This document shows, piece after piece, positions 8,421-16,607 of a stretch of 32,000 nucleotides of DNA. The translations under genes were made by a program, and so were the position numbers. Below the pieces are notes generated by a model. It was not told the DNA's origin, did not search any database, and was given only the letters and a program-made list of their open reading frames with translations. The stretch's first letter is position 1; every line of letters begins with the position of its first letter. Origin of the DNA: Pyrodictium occultum (lineage in GTDB: Archaea; Thermoproteota; Thermoprotei_A; Sulfolobales; Pyrodictiaceae); assembly GCF_001462395.1 (NCBI RefSeq), contig NZ_LNTB01000002.1:78836-110835 (forward strand), read 5' to 3'.

Positions 8421-10178
8421 ATGTCGGTATTATCACTACTCCAAACACCACTAGTTCTATACACAGTTATCCTGACCATTACTTGGTTCTCCCTATTGGT
8501 GATTTCAGAGATCGCCCCCATAAAACCTAGTCTCAGCCCGAAAACTAGTAACAGACTAATGCATTCAATTTTTATAATTTACATTTTTATAACAATATTT
8601 TTCATCAAATTAAATTTAGTCTTGTATCCATATTTACATGCGATTATGATCGCACTCATTCTCTTACTCATACTAGGATCAATGCAGCATAATCCAAAGT
8701 CTTTGCTCTTGGTAGCCCTCTCTACAGCTATAACGCCCATAATAGTCATGACATCTACAAAGCACCCGCTTCCACTAGGTGATGACGCACGCTTCATTGG
8801 GTTCGCCCAAGCCATCTATAGAGATGGGAGATGGATACCGTTCAAATACCAGGAAAACACGTACTATCAGCCATTCCATCTAATACCTTTCCTCGAATAT
8901 ATTCTAGCAGTATTGCTAGGCCTCAACTTAAAAAACATTGAAGCATACTATCTCCTCCTAAAATTTAGCCTCTGGCTCACTTATATGATCTCCACTTACC
9001 TAGTTATAAAGAACTTAAGTAATGATTACTCTAAGTCATTAGTAGGTATACTGCTTCTATCTATAACTCCCCCAATCGCTCTAACCCAGGTAGTTCACCA
9101 AGCTTATGCGATAGTGCTTTTCCTGATAACAGCCTCAGTATTAGTGAAGGAAATAAGGGTTAGGCAGAGCTTAAACACACTGTTCCTAGTTATAATAGTA
9201 TTATGGATTGCTGGAATAATTGCTCATGCAACCTATACTGTGATGTTTCTAGCATTCATTTTACCCCTCTTCTTAATAGAAAGGGAGGGGGTTTCTAAGA
9301 AAAACATTGCATTGCTCTCAGCAACACTAGTATCAATTAGCATCATTTATTGGACATACCTATACATGCTTGACGAGATTGTACGATCAACAATAAGTGC
9401 TACGACAAGACTCATAGATTTACTAATAGGGAGAACACCGTTCTCCCCCTTCCATGGAACAGCAAAACCCTGGTACACGTCATCTACATCAACATTTTTC
9501 ATAGCCTGGGCCTTTGTTCCCTCCATAGTAGCCTCATACATACTCCTTCTCCTTTCAAAAATAATATTTAAACATTGGAAATACTCTTGGAGTTTCATGG
9601 AACTGTTAGGTTTTCTAGGATTAAGCGGAACAGCCGTAAACTATATCTTACGCGCTCTCTCCACTTTTGGCGGCAGGTACTTCTACTGGCTATACATACT
9701 AATGATCCCGCTGGCAACTATGGTAGTAAAGAAAGTATCAAGAAGCCCACTCAGTCTATTACCCTCCATAATCCTGATCTCCACGGCTGCGTTTTACGGC
9801 ATACAGGATCCAACAATGGCTGCTAACACTTATGGAAACTATATTGGCTGGGCAGACAGAACCAGCTGGCATATAGCCCTAGAGCTACAGCCATACCTTG
9901 GCCACAGAGCATCCAAATGGATCGATCCAAGACTGTCAGCACCACTAAGCTCCACAGCTCCGCTACCAGCAGGTAATGGGAGAATCAACTATCAGCAAAA
10001 GGTAGCAATAATAGGTGTTGATAAGGTAGGATTGAAAGGCGCCTCAAAGGACCCACGTAATGTAGACTGGTTTATAAGAAATTTCAACGTAGAACCACAT
10101 AACATCATGAATAAGCTAGACGAATTTAGTGTAATTCTAAACATCGACAAATATATCGGGATATGGGGAAACCCTTGA
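8421..10178 (+). CDS. Polytopic membrane protein, GT-C-like (possible lipid-linked-sugar glycosyltransferase or polymerase)
   Basis: 585 aa, about 12 or more TM segments; short acidic loop PLGDDARFIGFAQAIYRDGRWIPFKYQENTYYQPFHLIPF after the early TMs, resembling GT-C loop regions. Confidence 0.6.
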   Translation: MSVLSLLQTPLVLYTVILTITWFSLLVISEIAPIKPSLSPKTSNRLMHSIFIIYIFITIFFIKLNLVLYPYLHAIMIALILLLILGSMQHNPKSLLLVALSTAITPIIVMTSTKHPLPLGDDARFIGFAQAIYRDGRWIPFKYQENTYYQPFHLIPFLEYILAVLLGLNLKNIEAYYLLLKFSLWLTYMISTYLVIKNLSNDYSKSLVGILLLSITPPIALTQVVHQAYAIVLFLITASVLVKEIRVRQSLNTLFLVIIVLWIAGIIAHATYTVMFLAFILPLFLIEREGVSKKNIALLSATLVSISIIYWTYLYMLDEIVRSTISATTRLIDLLIGRTPFSPFHGTAKPWYTSSTSTFFIAWAFVPSIVASYILLLLSKIIFKHWKYSWSFMELLGFLGLSGTAVNYILRALSTFGGRYFYWLYILMIPLATMVVKKVSRSPLSLLPSIILISTAAFYGIQDPTMAANTYGNYIGWADRTSWHIALELQPYLGHRASKWIDPRLSAPLSSTAPLPAGNGRINYQQKVAIIGVDKVGLKGASKDPRNVDWFIRNFNVEPHNIMNKLDEFSVILNIDKYIGIWGNP

Positions 10179-11287
10179 AGATTCTTTTCCAAACAATAGG
10201 TGTTTTAATACAATATAATTGGGCTTTACCATACTATTTGAGTAGAGAGGACGTTAAAATTACTCTCATAACGAATATGTTTTCCTACTTTATGGGCGGG
10301 TATTATTACCACTTTAAAGCACTTAATAAGCTAACACCGCTTTTCACGGGCTTCGGGTTACCTTATACCCAGCAATACGACAAAAATATTACCAGTAACA
10401 TTCCAGTAGGTAGGCTTAGTAGAGGATCTGATGTAATCCATCTTAATGATTCAAAAAATCCTCTTACGAAAAGACTGTTAAATGTAGATAAACCTAAGCT
10501 TTTCTTCCTTCATGGATCGCTAGATATAATAAATCTAGCTAATCCGCCTAAAGAATTAGAGGAAATAAGATCTAAAGTTGATGCGTTCGTGGTTGCAAGC
10601 AATCATGCCGCCTATACTGTTAGGAGAGTGCTCGGGTTCACGCCGATAGTTATACATCACGGCATAGATACTATGATATTCAACCCCTTCAATATCACTA
10701 AGCAGAGAGCGAGAGAAAAACTGTCAATACCATTGAATAAAAGGGTTATATTATAGGTCGCCCGGATAAGCCCTGAGAAAAACCTCCAGATGGCCATCAA
10801 AGCCCTCCCACATGTGGTTAGTGAGGATAAAGATGTTCTACTGGTAGTTAAAGGGAGAACAGTAGATAGAAAGTATTTGGGTTTCATTCTCAAGCTGATT
10901 AAGAAGCTAAATGTGAGTAAATATGTAAGATTTGATTTCAAATGGAGCCCCAACGTGACTATGGTCTATTATTATTATCGGGCTGCAGATGTTTATGTAC
11001 ATACATCCTTGTCCGAAGCTTTTGGCTCCCTAACACTCTTAGAAGCTATGGCTTCAGGGACGCCAGTAGTAGCAAATAACGCTTCAAGCATCCCTGAAGC
11101 CGTTGGTAATGCTGGCCTACTAGTAAACTCAGAGGAAGAACTAGCTGAAAAGATTCTAGAAATACTGCATGATGATAGCCTAAGACGCAAACTATCTAGA
11201 GAAGGCTTTAGAAGAGTTATCGAAAATTTTTCGTTAAAAATAACTGCTAAGAAATATCTACAACTATATAGAAAATTGATGGGTTAA
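10163..11287 (+). pseudogene. GT4 glycosyltransferase interrupted by an in-frame TAG
   Basis: ORFs 10163..10756 and 10790..11287 are in the same frame. The read across the stop is NKRVIL[TAG]VARISPEKNLQMAIKALPHVV, i.e. a normal GT4 core (ILYVARISPEKN) with the stop at 10754-10756. C-terminal half has EAFGSLTLLEAMASGTPVVANNASSIPEAVG. Confidence 0.8.
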
Positions 11288-11305
11288 AAAGGTGTAAGCA
11301 AGGAC

Positions 11306-11818
11306 GTGGTGCTAGTTAGCATAGTAATATTAAACTACAATTGTAGTTTAATATTACATTGTGAAGAGTACTTGAACAGATTGCTTGGAAGTTGCTCTAT
11401 ATTAACTACTAGAGGACATGCTTTTGCTGTTCTTATACGGAGGGAGACAGTTATAGATTGGAAACCACGACATGATCTTTCAGCACTTGAGACCTTCAGC
11501 CTTGCACAACATATATTATCTAAGGGATACCTATGGATAGAGCTTTTTAAACCCTGTTGTATTCATCTAAAGGAGCTAAAATATGGAGCAGGTATAAGCC
11601 GTTATTTTAGACAAGGTCTTTGGGAAGGTGCAGGGGCTAGACTTGTAGGAATCAAGAAAAGACATATGCTTGAGGAAGTTGTTGCTAGATTATTAGGAGG
11701 GGTCTTAACCGCTTTAATTACTCATGATGTAAAACATTTAGCTAATAATACAGCTTTAAGACTAGGGCTACTTCTAGGTTATCTTGTACCTTATAAATTC
11801 AGAGTCTGGCGTAGATGA
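11306..11818 (+). pseudogene. Internally deleted GT2 glycosyltransferase remnant
   Basis: Begins VSIVILNYNCSLILHCEEYLNRLLGS (GT2 N-terminus), then jumps to SILTTRGHAFAVLIRRETVIDWKPRHDLSALETFSLAQHILSKGY (GT2 C-terminal part) with no sugar-nucleotide-binding or DxD segment between. Confidence 0.55.
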
Positions 11819-11900
11819 AATGTTTTGTGTCACAGCGTTGTTCGGAAATAAAAATTCCAGTTTATTAAACTAAGACAGCGTATTTAGTGAAAAGTCCAAG

Positions 11901-13106
11901 TTGAAAATACTTATTATCTCAGAGCCCTTTTGGCCTAAGGGTAGCGGAGGTCCTCTAGCCACTTATCTTATAACTAGGATTCTAGCAAGGAATAGAGACT
12001 TTAATATAACTGTTGTTATTGGCACTGAGAAATCGGCTAAGATAAGAAACGTTGAATTCATTGTGGATCCTATGCTTAGAGCTTCAAATAAGGTAAAGTT
12101 GTTACTAAGACTTACTAATCCTGTGGTAAGGCATAAATATGAGAAGCTTATAAAAAAATTCGATATATTGTATATTCCATCATACTCCCCCTGTGGTTAT
12201 CCTCTAATACCTATTGCTAAGAGGCTTGGGAAGAAGGTGGTTGTTCACCTCCACGACTACCAGCCCTTCTCCTACAACTCCGTCATACCGGCAGGCCGCC
12301 ACGGTAGTGTTTTGAATGGTGTCAGCTACGAGGCCCGGTACGAGGTTTACGAGCATGGCAGCGTTGGGAGGGCTGTCCTGGGATCCCTGGCGACCCCTCT
12401 CATAGGTCTTTACAGGCTGTGGGTTAGACAGGCGGATGCAGTCGTATGCGTCTCAAGGAGGCAGGCGGAAATAGTGGCTGAGATAGCGCCAGAGCTTAGG
12501 GGCAGGATCAGGGTCGTATACAACCCCCTCCCAGACGTCCCCCCAACGGAGAAGAGGCTTGGAGACCCCGCCTTCCTATATCTAGGCGGTGACAGCTACA
12601 TTAAGGGGTTCCATGTTCTCCTGGGCGCTTCCCGGAAAATCCTGGAGCATTATCCCAATGTAGAATTCCTGCTAGCCGGGAGATTCAGGGATTCAAGCAG
12701 GCTCCTCGTCGAGAAGCTGAACAGAAGGTTTAATGAAGCATATAGGGTGCTAGGCTACCTGAAGCATGAAGATATTGTAAGGCTTCACGGAGAGAGCTAC
12801 GCCCTCCTCTTCCCATCAGTAGTCGAGGAGCCCTCGCCATACGCTGTCCTCGAATCCATGCTGGCCGGGACGATACCAATAGCTTCGAGGGTGGGCGGGG
12901 TCCCCGAGATAGTTGAGGGTACACCCGCCGAGAGAATGCTCTTCACGCCAGGCGATGCAGGCGAGCTAGTGGACCGTATCGAACACGTTTTATCCTTCTC
13001 CAAGGAGCAGCTAGTCGATATGGGGTTTAAGCTGAGGGAGTCTGTCACGAGGAAGTTTAATAACGAAAGAATTAAGCGAGAGCTGATGAAAGTGTTTACT
13101 ATATAA
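11901..13106 (+). CDS. GT4 glycosyltransferase
   Basis: MKILIISEPFWPKGSGGPLATYLITRILARN...VVHLHDYQPFSYNS...ALLFPSVVEEPSPYAVLESMLAGTIPIASRVGGVPEIVEGTPAE. Confidence 0.88.
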   Translation: MKILIISEPFWPKGSGGPLATYLITRILARNRDFNITVVIGTEKSAKIRNVEFIVDPMLRASNKVKLLLRLTNPVVRHKYEKLIKKFDILYIPSYSPCGYPLIPIAKRLGKKVVVHLHDYQPFSYNSVIPAGRHGSVLNGVSYEARYEVYEHGSVGRAVLGSLATPLIGLYRLWVRQADAVVCVSRRQAEIVAEIAPELRGRIRVVYNPLPDVPPTEKRLGDPAFLYLGGDSYIKGFHVLLGASRKILEHYPNVEFLLAGRFRDSSRLLVEKLNRRFNEAYRVLGYLKHEDIVRLHGESYALLFPSVVEEPSPYAVLESMLAGTIPIASRVGGVPEIVEGTPAERMLFTPGDAGELVDRIEHVLSFSKEQLVDMGFKLRESVTRKFNNERIKRELMKVFTI

Positions 13107-13244
13107 ATGTGTGGGATAATGAGGCCGGCAGACCAGACTAATACCTATAATACTGACGGCAACTATACCTACGTTTTTCACAGCCCAGGGATCGAGCCGT
13201 GGGTTCCAGGCCTTCTGAAGGCGAGGCACTCTCTAGGCAGATAA
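13107..13244 (+). other. Short ORF (45 aa), possible gene remnant
   Basis: ATG immediately after the previous TAA: MCGIMRPADQTNTYNTDGNYTYVFHSPGIEPWVPGLLKARHSLGR*. No recognisable domain. Confidence 0.2.
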
Positions 13245-13300
13245 ACTTAGAGAAAGGTAAAACGCTAACAATGTACAATATTACGTTAATGAAAATACTC

Positions 13301-13315
13301 TTTAATATTTATAAG
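13301..13315 (+). promoter_or_regulatory. Candidate archaeal TATA box (tttaatatttataag)
   Basis: AT-rich element about 55-70 nt upstream of the 13371 start; the start is preceded by gggtga (Shine-Dalgarno-like). Confidence 0.4.
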
Positions 13316-13370
13316 AAGAGGGCGGGAAGCAAGCTTTACTTGATATCGTTTAAGGTTAAAGGGTGATAGT

Positions 13371-14321
13371 ATGAAAGTTGTGACGCTACCCGTTTTAAGC
13401 GTCGCAGTTTCTGGGGGCCGTGTATATGCTCTATTAAAGGAGTCAGATGGTAGGCTCTCCCTGGCTTCTTTCAACCGTGAACTGGAGGTTGAGGACAAGC
13501 TTGCAGCTCTAAAGGGTTCTAGAGGCTTTGTACTGGATGCATGGAGAGATTCCCTCCTGTTCTCAGTAGATAATAAGCTCTACGCCTTAAGGGGTGGTGA
13601 GGTTAAAAGTGTCCTTAGGGCTCACCTGCCGGTTAACATCTTCTGGCATGCAACTAGAGCGAATGGACACGTCTATGTCCAGGAGTATGGAGAGAGCCCT
13701 ACGGGAATATTTGAGCTGGATAGGGATTACGAGAGCTCTCGGCTATTGATCACTAATAGGGATCTCGATAAAGGCTCTAAGCACTTTCACAGCGTAGTGT
13801 ATGATCCGTTTAGAGGCTGGCTAGTAGCCACGCTCGGGGATGGGAATTTATTGAGAGTTGCTGTCTCAGCTAATGGCGGGGAGAACTGGCGCCCTCTCTA
13901 CAGGGGTCCCTGGCAGTTCGTCCCCATCGTTCCTTTGAAGGATACAATCGTGTTCGGTATGGATAGCGGGATTGCGAGGGGTGGTGTAGGGATATATTAT
14001 CCTAGCAAGAAGAGGTGGAGGTTCATATTTCTTAAATGGATTAATGAGAGAGTTAAGCTTGCCCAGATGAGTGATTTGAAGCTGCTAAGCAATGGTTTAT
14101 GGGTAGCTGCTCTAGGCACTCCTCAGGCGATAGTTGTCTCTAAAGATTTGAAAACATGGTATCCCCTATATGTTGAGGGGTTTGATGAGCATTTTAACCA
14201 CTATATGCAGGTGAGTGTGGGAGAGGACTTCATAGCGTGTTCAACAGGTAGAAGCCTTCTGGTGTTTAGGAAAGACGAGGTATATAATGCTTTGAATAAG
14301 AGCGAACCTGCAATGGCTTAA
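13371..14321 (+). CDS. Beta-propeller-like protein (BNR/Asp-box-like repeats), cytoplasmic
   Basis: Repeating blades such as VAVSANGGENWRPLYRGPWQFVPIV and VVSKDLKTWYPLYVEG; no signal peptide or TM segment. Confidence 0.5.
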   Translation: MKVVTLPVLSVAVSGGRVYALLKESDGRLSLASFNRELEVEDKLAALKGSRGFVLDAWRDSLLFSVDNKLYALRGGEVKSVLRAHLPVNIFWHATRANGHVYVQEYGESPTGIFELDRDYESSRLLITNRDLDKGSKHFHSVVYDPFRGWLVATLGDGNLLRVAVSANGGENWRPLYRGPWQFVPIVPLKDTIVFGMDSGIARGGVGIYYPSKKRWRFIFLKWINERVKLAQMSDLKLLSNGLWVAALGTPQAIVVSKDLKTWYPLYVEGFDEHFNHYMQVSVGEDFIACSTGRSLLVFRKDEVYNALNKSEPAMA

Positions 14322-14343
14322 AGGCATAGTAAGGTTTAAGATG

Positions 14344-14376
14344 AGAGTTCGTCATAGCCATTATATGACGAACTTT
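14344..14376. repeat. Inverted repeat / hairpin: agagttcgtcata-GCCATTA-tatgacgaacttt
   Basis: 11-bp perfect stem (agttcgtcata / tatgacgaact) plus one G.T and one A.T extension, with a 7-nt loop, in the gap after the beta-propeller gene. Confidence 0.8.
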
Positions 14377-14548
14377 GTGTTGAGCCATGGAATATAAGAA
14401 AATGCTATTAATAGCTGCTACGGCTACAGTTATTGGACTTAAGGAGCTTGATTCTAGGAGTATTTTCTAAGCTGTCTGATCTTCTAACAAAGAATCGTCT
14501 CAAACGAGCTTAGAAAATTATACTTTAATGAAGCCCTAAGGAGGGGAA

Positions 14549-14701
14549 ATGCCGAACTCAGAAAAAGATTCTAGAAAAACATATAATCTATCTACAAGAT
14601 TAGTGGATGCGTCGGAAGAAAAACACGGACCCATATTGATACGTTGTATTTGTTCTAAAAGGGCAAAAGATAGAGGAATCTTAGTGAGAGGGCTGATGTA
14701 G
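14549..14701 (+). other. Short ORF (50 aa) with strong Shine-Dalgarno-like sequence
   Basis: ggaggggaaATG then MPNSEKDSRKTYNLSTRLVDASEEKHGPILIRCICSKRAKDRGILVRGLM*. No recognisable domain. Confidence 0.25.
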
Positions 14702-14734
14702 GCATATACCTCGCTAAAAAGGGGAAAGCTAGCC

Positions 14735-15376
14735 TTGCCGAGGAGGCATATAATTGTGTTTGTTGGCCATGTTGGGGCTGGCAAAACTACACAGGCAAAA
14801 TATTTAGAAGCATATTTAAAGAAAAGAGGTCAAAGATCAAAGTTTACTTATTTGAAAACATATTTTGTTTTTACAAATAACTTACTGCGAATATTTAGAA
14901 GAATGAATATTAGTAGAATAGGTCTCTATTTTATTCATCGGTTGCTGGTTGTACTGGACCTAGTAATTAATGTCTTTATTCTTCCTCTTTTAGCCTTATT
15001 TAGAGTTAGAATACCTTCTAAGTTTTACAAATACATTCTTATTGAGGAGTATTTGCCTGGAATTCTTGTGGATTATGTTCATGCGAAATTAATACTTAGA
15101 TTAAATAAGAAATTCTTAATGAGGGCTATGCATGTTTTACTCAGACTTCTCTACATCGACTCAACAACGATCATATTAGTGTGCAATGCTCAATCCCTGC
15201 CGTACCGCTGGAAGGCTAGAAATACTCCTCCAGAAGCACCCTCTTACCTCAAGGTGCAAGAGAAAGTATTTACCCTATGGAGTAAACACGTGGAAAACAC
15301 TTTTTACGTATCTACTGAAGGAAGAAGTGTCAAGGAAACGAATCGAGAAATAAGAAAGCTGTTAAATATTCCTTAG
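14735..15376 (+). CDS. P-loop nucleoside/nucleotide-kinase-like protein (thymidylate-kinase-like) with hydrophobic insert
   Basis: IIVFVGHVGAGKTTQAKYLEAYLKKRGQRSKFTYLKT (Walker A), hydrophobic IGLYFIHRLLVVLDLVINVFILPLLALFRV, then ILIEEYLPGILVDYVHAKLILRL and ...ILVCNAQSLPYRWKARNT. TTG start. Confidence 0.6.
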   Translation: MPRRHIIVFVGHVGAGKTTQAKYLEAYLKKRGQRSKFTYLKTYFVFTNNLLRIFRRMNISRIGLYFIHRLLVVLDLVINVFILPLLALFRVRIPSKFYKYILIEEYLPGILVDYVHAKLILRLNKKFLMRAMHVLLRLLYIDSTTIILVCNAQSLPYRWKARNTPPEAPSYLKVQEKVFTLWSKHVENTFYVSTEGRSVKETNREIRKLLNIP

Positions 15377-15401
15377 TTTAAAAATTGAGGTACTTAGGGA
15401 A

Positions 15402-16607
15402 ATGAAGCCTCTTATAATAGCACCAAATGATCTAAGGATACGTGAAGGCACGACTATAAGGATTACAGGGCTTATAAAGAGTATTGCCCCCAATATGGAG
15501 AAAATATATCTTGCCTCAGCGTTCATAAACAAAGAGTTATCCCAACTACATAATTTAGAGTGGGTTAAGATTAGATTCCTAAGAGCATTAACATTACTAT
15601 CCATAAATTATTCAAGCATTATGTCGAGGCATTTCTTTGATATTGGTTTAACACGTATCATGATAAATAAGGAAATACGTGACGCTGACGTAATTCATGC
15701 TCATTGGATTCTCACCTTACCCTTAGCGGTAGGTATTCATAAATATAATGGAGCCCCCATAATTGTAGACCTTCACGGGCTTTTCGAGCTCCAATCCCAA
15801 AGCCCATCCATTTCTCTTGCAGGCTGGCTCTTAGTTAACCTGTCTAGGATAATTGAGGTAATGCGCGTGAGAGATAAATACATAGAAGCCTTCACTGTTC
15901 CCTCGGAGCCCCTTAAGCAATATCTTATACGCAGGTATGGACTGCCAGGTGACAAGATATTTGTGGTTCCAGATGGTATAGACATTAATGATATCCCTAG
16001 TTATGATGAGGATCTCGCTAATCAAATGAGGAACATGCTTGGCATAAAAGATGAGCATGTGGTTGCCTATGTGGGAACAGTATCGTATTTCCATGGGTTT
16101 CACGATTTACTGAAGGCTTTCAAAATAGCTAAGCACCGCATAGAAAACATAAAACTGCTACTCATAGTTCCAAACAGAGTACAAGCACTTAATATAGCGG
16201 GCAGAACCGGCATAAGTGATCAAGACCTCATAGTTCTCGAAAATATTCCCCGGAGAAAAATATACTATTACCTCTACCTATCCGACGTTCTCGTAATACC
16301 CCACAGAGCCGGTACTCAGTTCGAGTTCCTACCCTCCAACAAGCTTCTCGACTATATTGCTTCAGGCAAGCCTATAGTAGGCTATGATCTGCCAAGCATC
16401 AGACATCTTCTATACAAGTATGAGCCGAAAATACTAGTTAAACCTAATGATCCAGAAGCCCTAGCCTCTGGAATAATAAATGCTCTTCAAATAAACAGAC
16501 GGGCACCATATAAGGTTATTAAAGCAGTCTTAAGTAAATATTCATGGAATAACGTAGGAAAGCAATTACTAAGTGTTTACAGGAGGGTTAAGGGAGGTAT
16601 TAGATAA
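15402..16607 (+). CDS. GT4-like glycosyltransferase
   Basis: DADVIHAHWILTLPLAVGIHKY...FTVPSEPLKQYLIRRYGLPGDKIFVVPDGIDI...VAYVGTVSYFHGFHDLLKAF...LPSNKLLDYIASGKPIVGYDLPSI. Confidence 0.88.
   Translation: MKPLIIAPNDLRIREGTTIRITGLIKSIAPNMEKIYLASAFINKELSQLHNLEWVKIRFLRALTLLSINYSSIMSRHFFDIGLTRIMINKEIRDADVIHAHWILTLPLAVGIHKYNGAPIIVDLHGLFELQSQSPSISLAGWLLVNLSRIIEVMRVRDKYIEAFTVPSEPLKQYLIRRYGLPGDKIFVVPDGIDINDIPSYDEDLANQMRNMLGIKDEHVVAYVGTVSYFHGFHDLLKAFKIAKHRIENIKLLLIVPNRVQALNIAGRTGISDQDLIVLENIPRRKIYYYLYLSDVLVIPHRAGTQFEFLPSNKLLDYIASGKPIVGYDLPSIRHLLYKYEPKILVKPNDPEALASGIINALQINRRAPYKVIKAVLSKYSWNNVGKQLLSVYRRVKGGIR

Noticed and set aside
10754-10756. TAG as pyrrolysine or genome-wide recoded codon
   Set aside because: TAG clearly functions as an ordinary stop for several genes here (e.g. 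flippase at 2411-2413, ORF ending 4413, cysC-adjacent RHH at 26670-26672), and I see no pyl genes in the window. Local read-through remains untested.
14344-14376. IS200/IS605-type transposon end or CRISPR repeat
   Set aside because: Single hairpin only, no TnpA/TnpB and no regularly spaced repeats found nearby.
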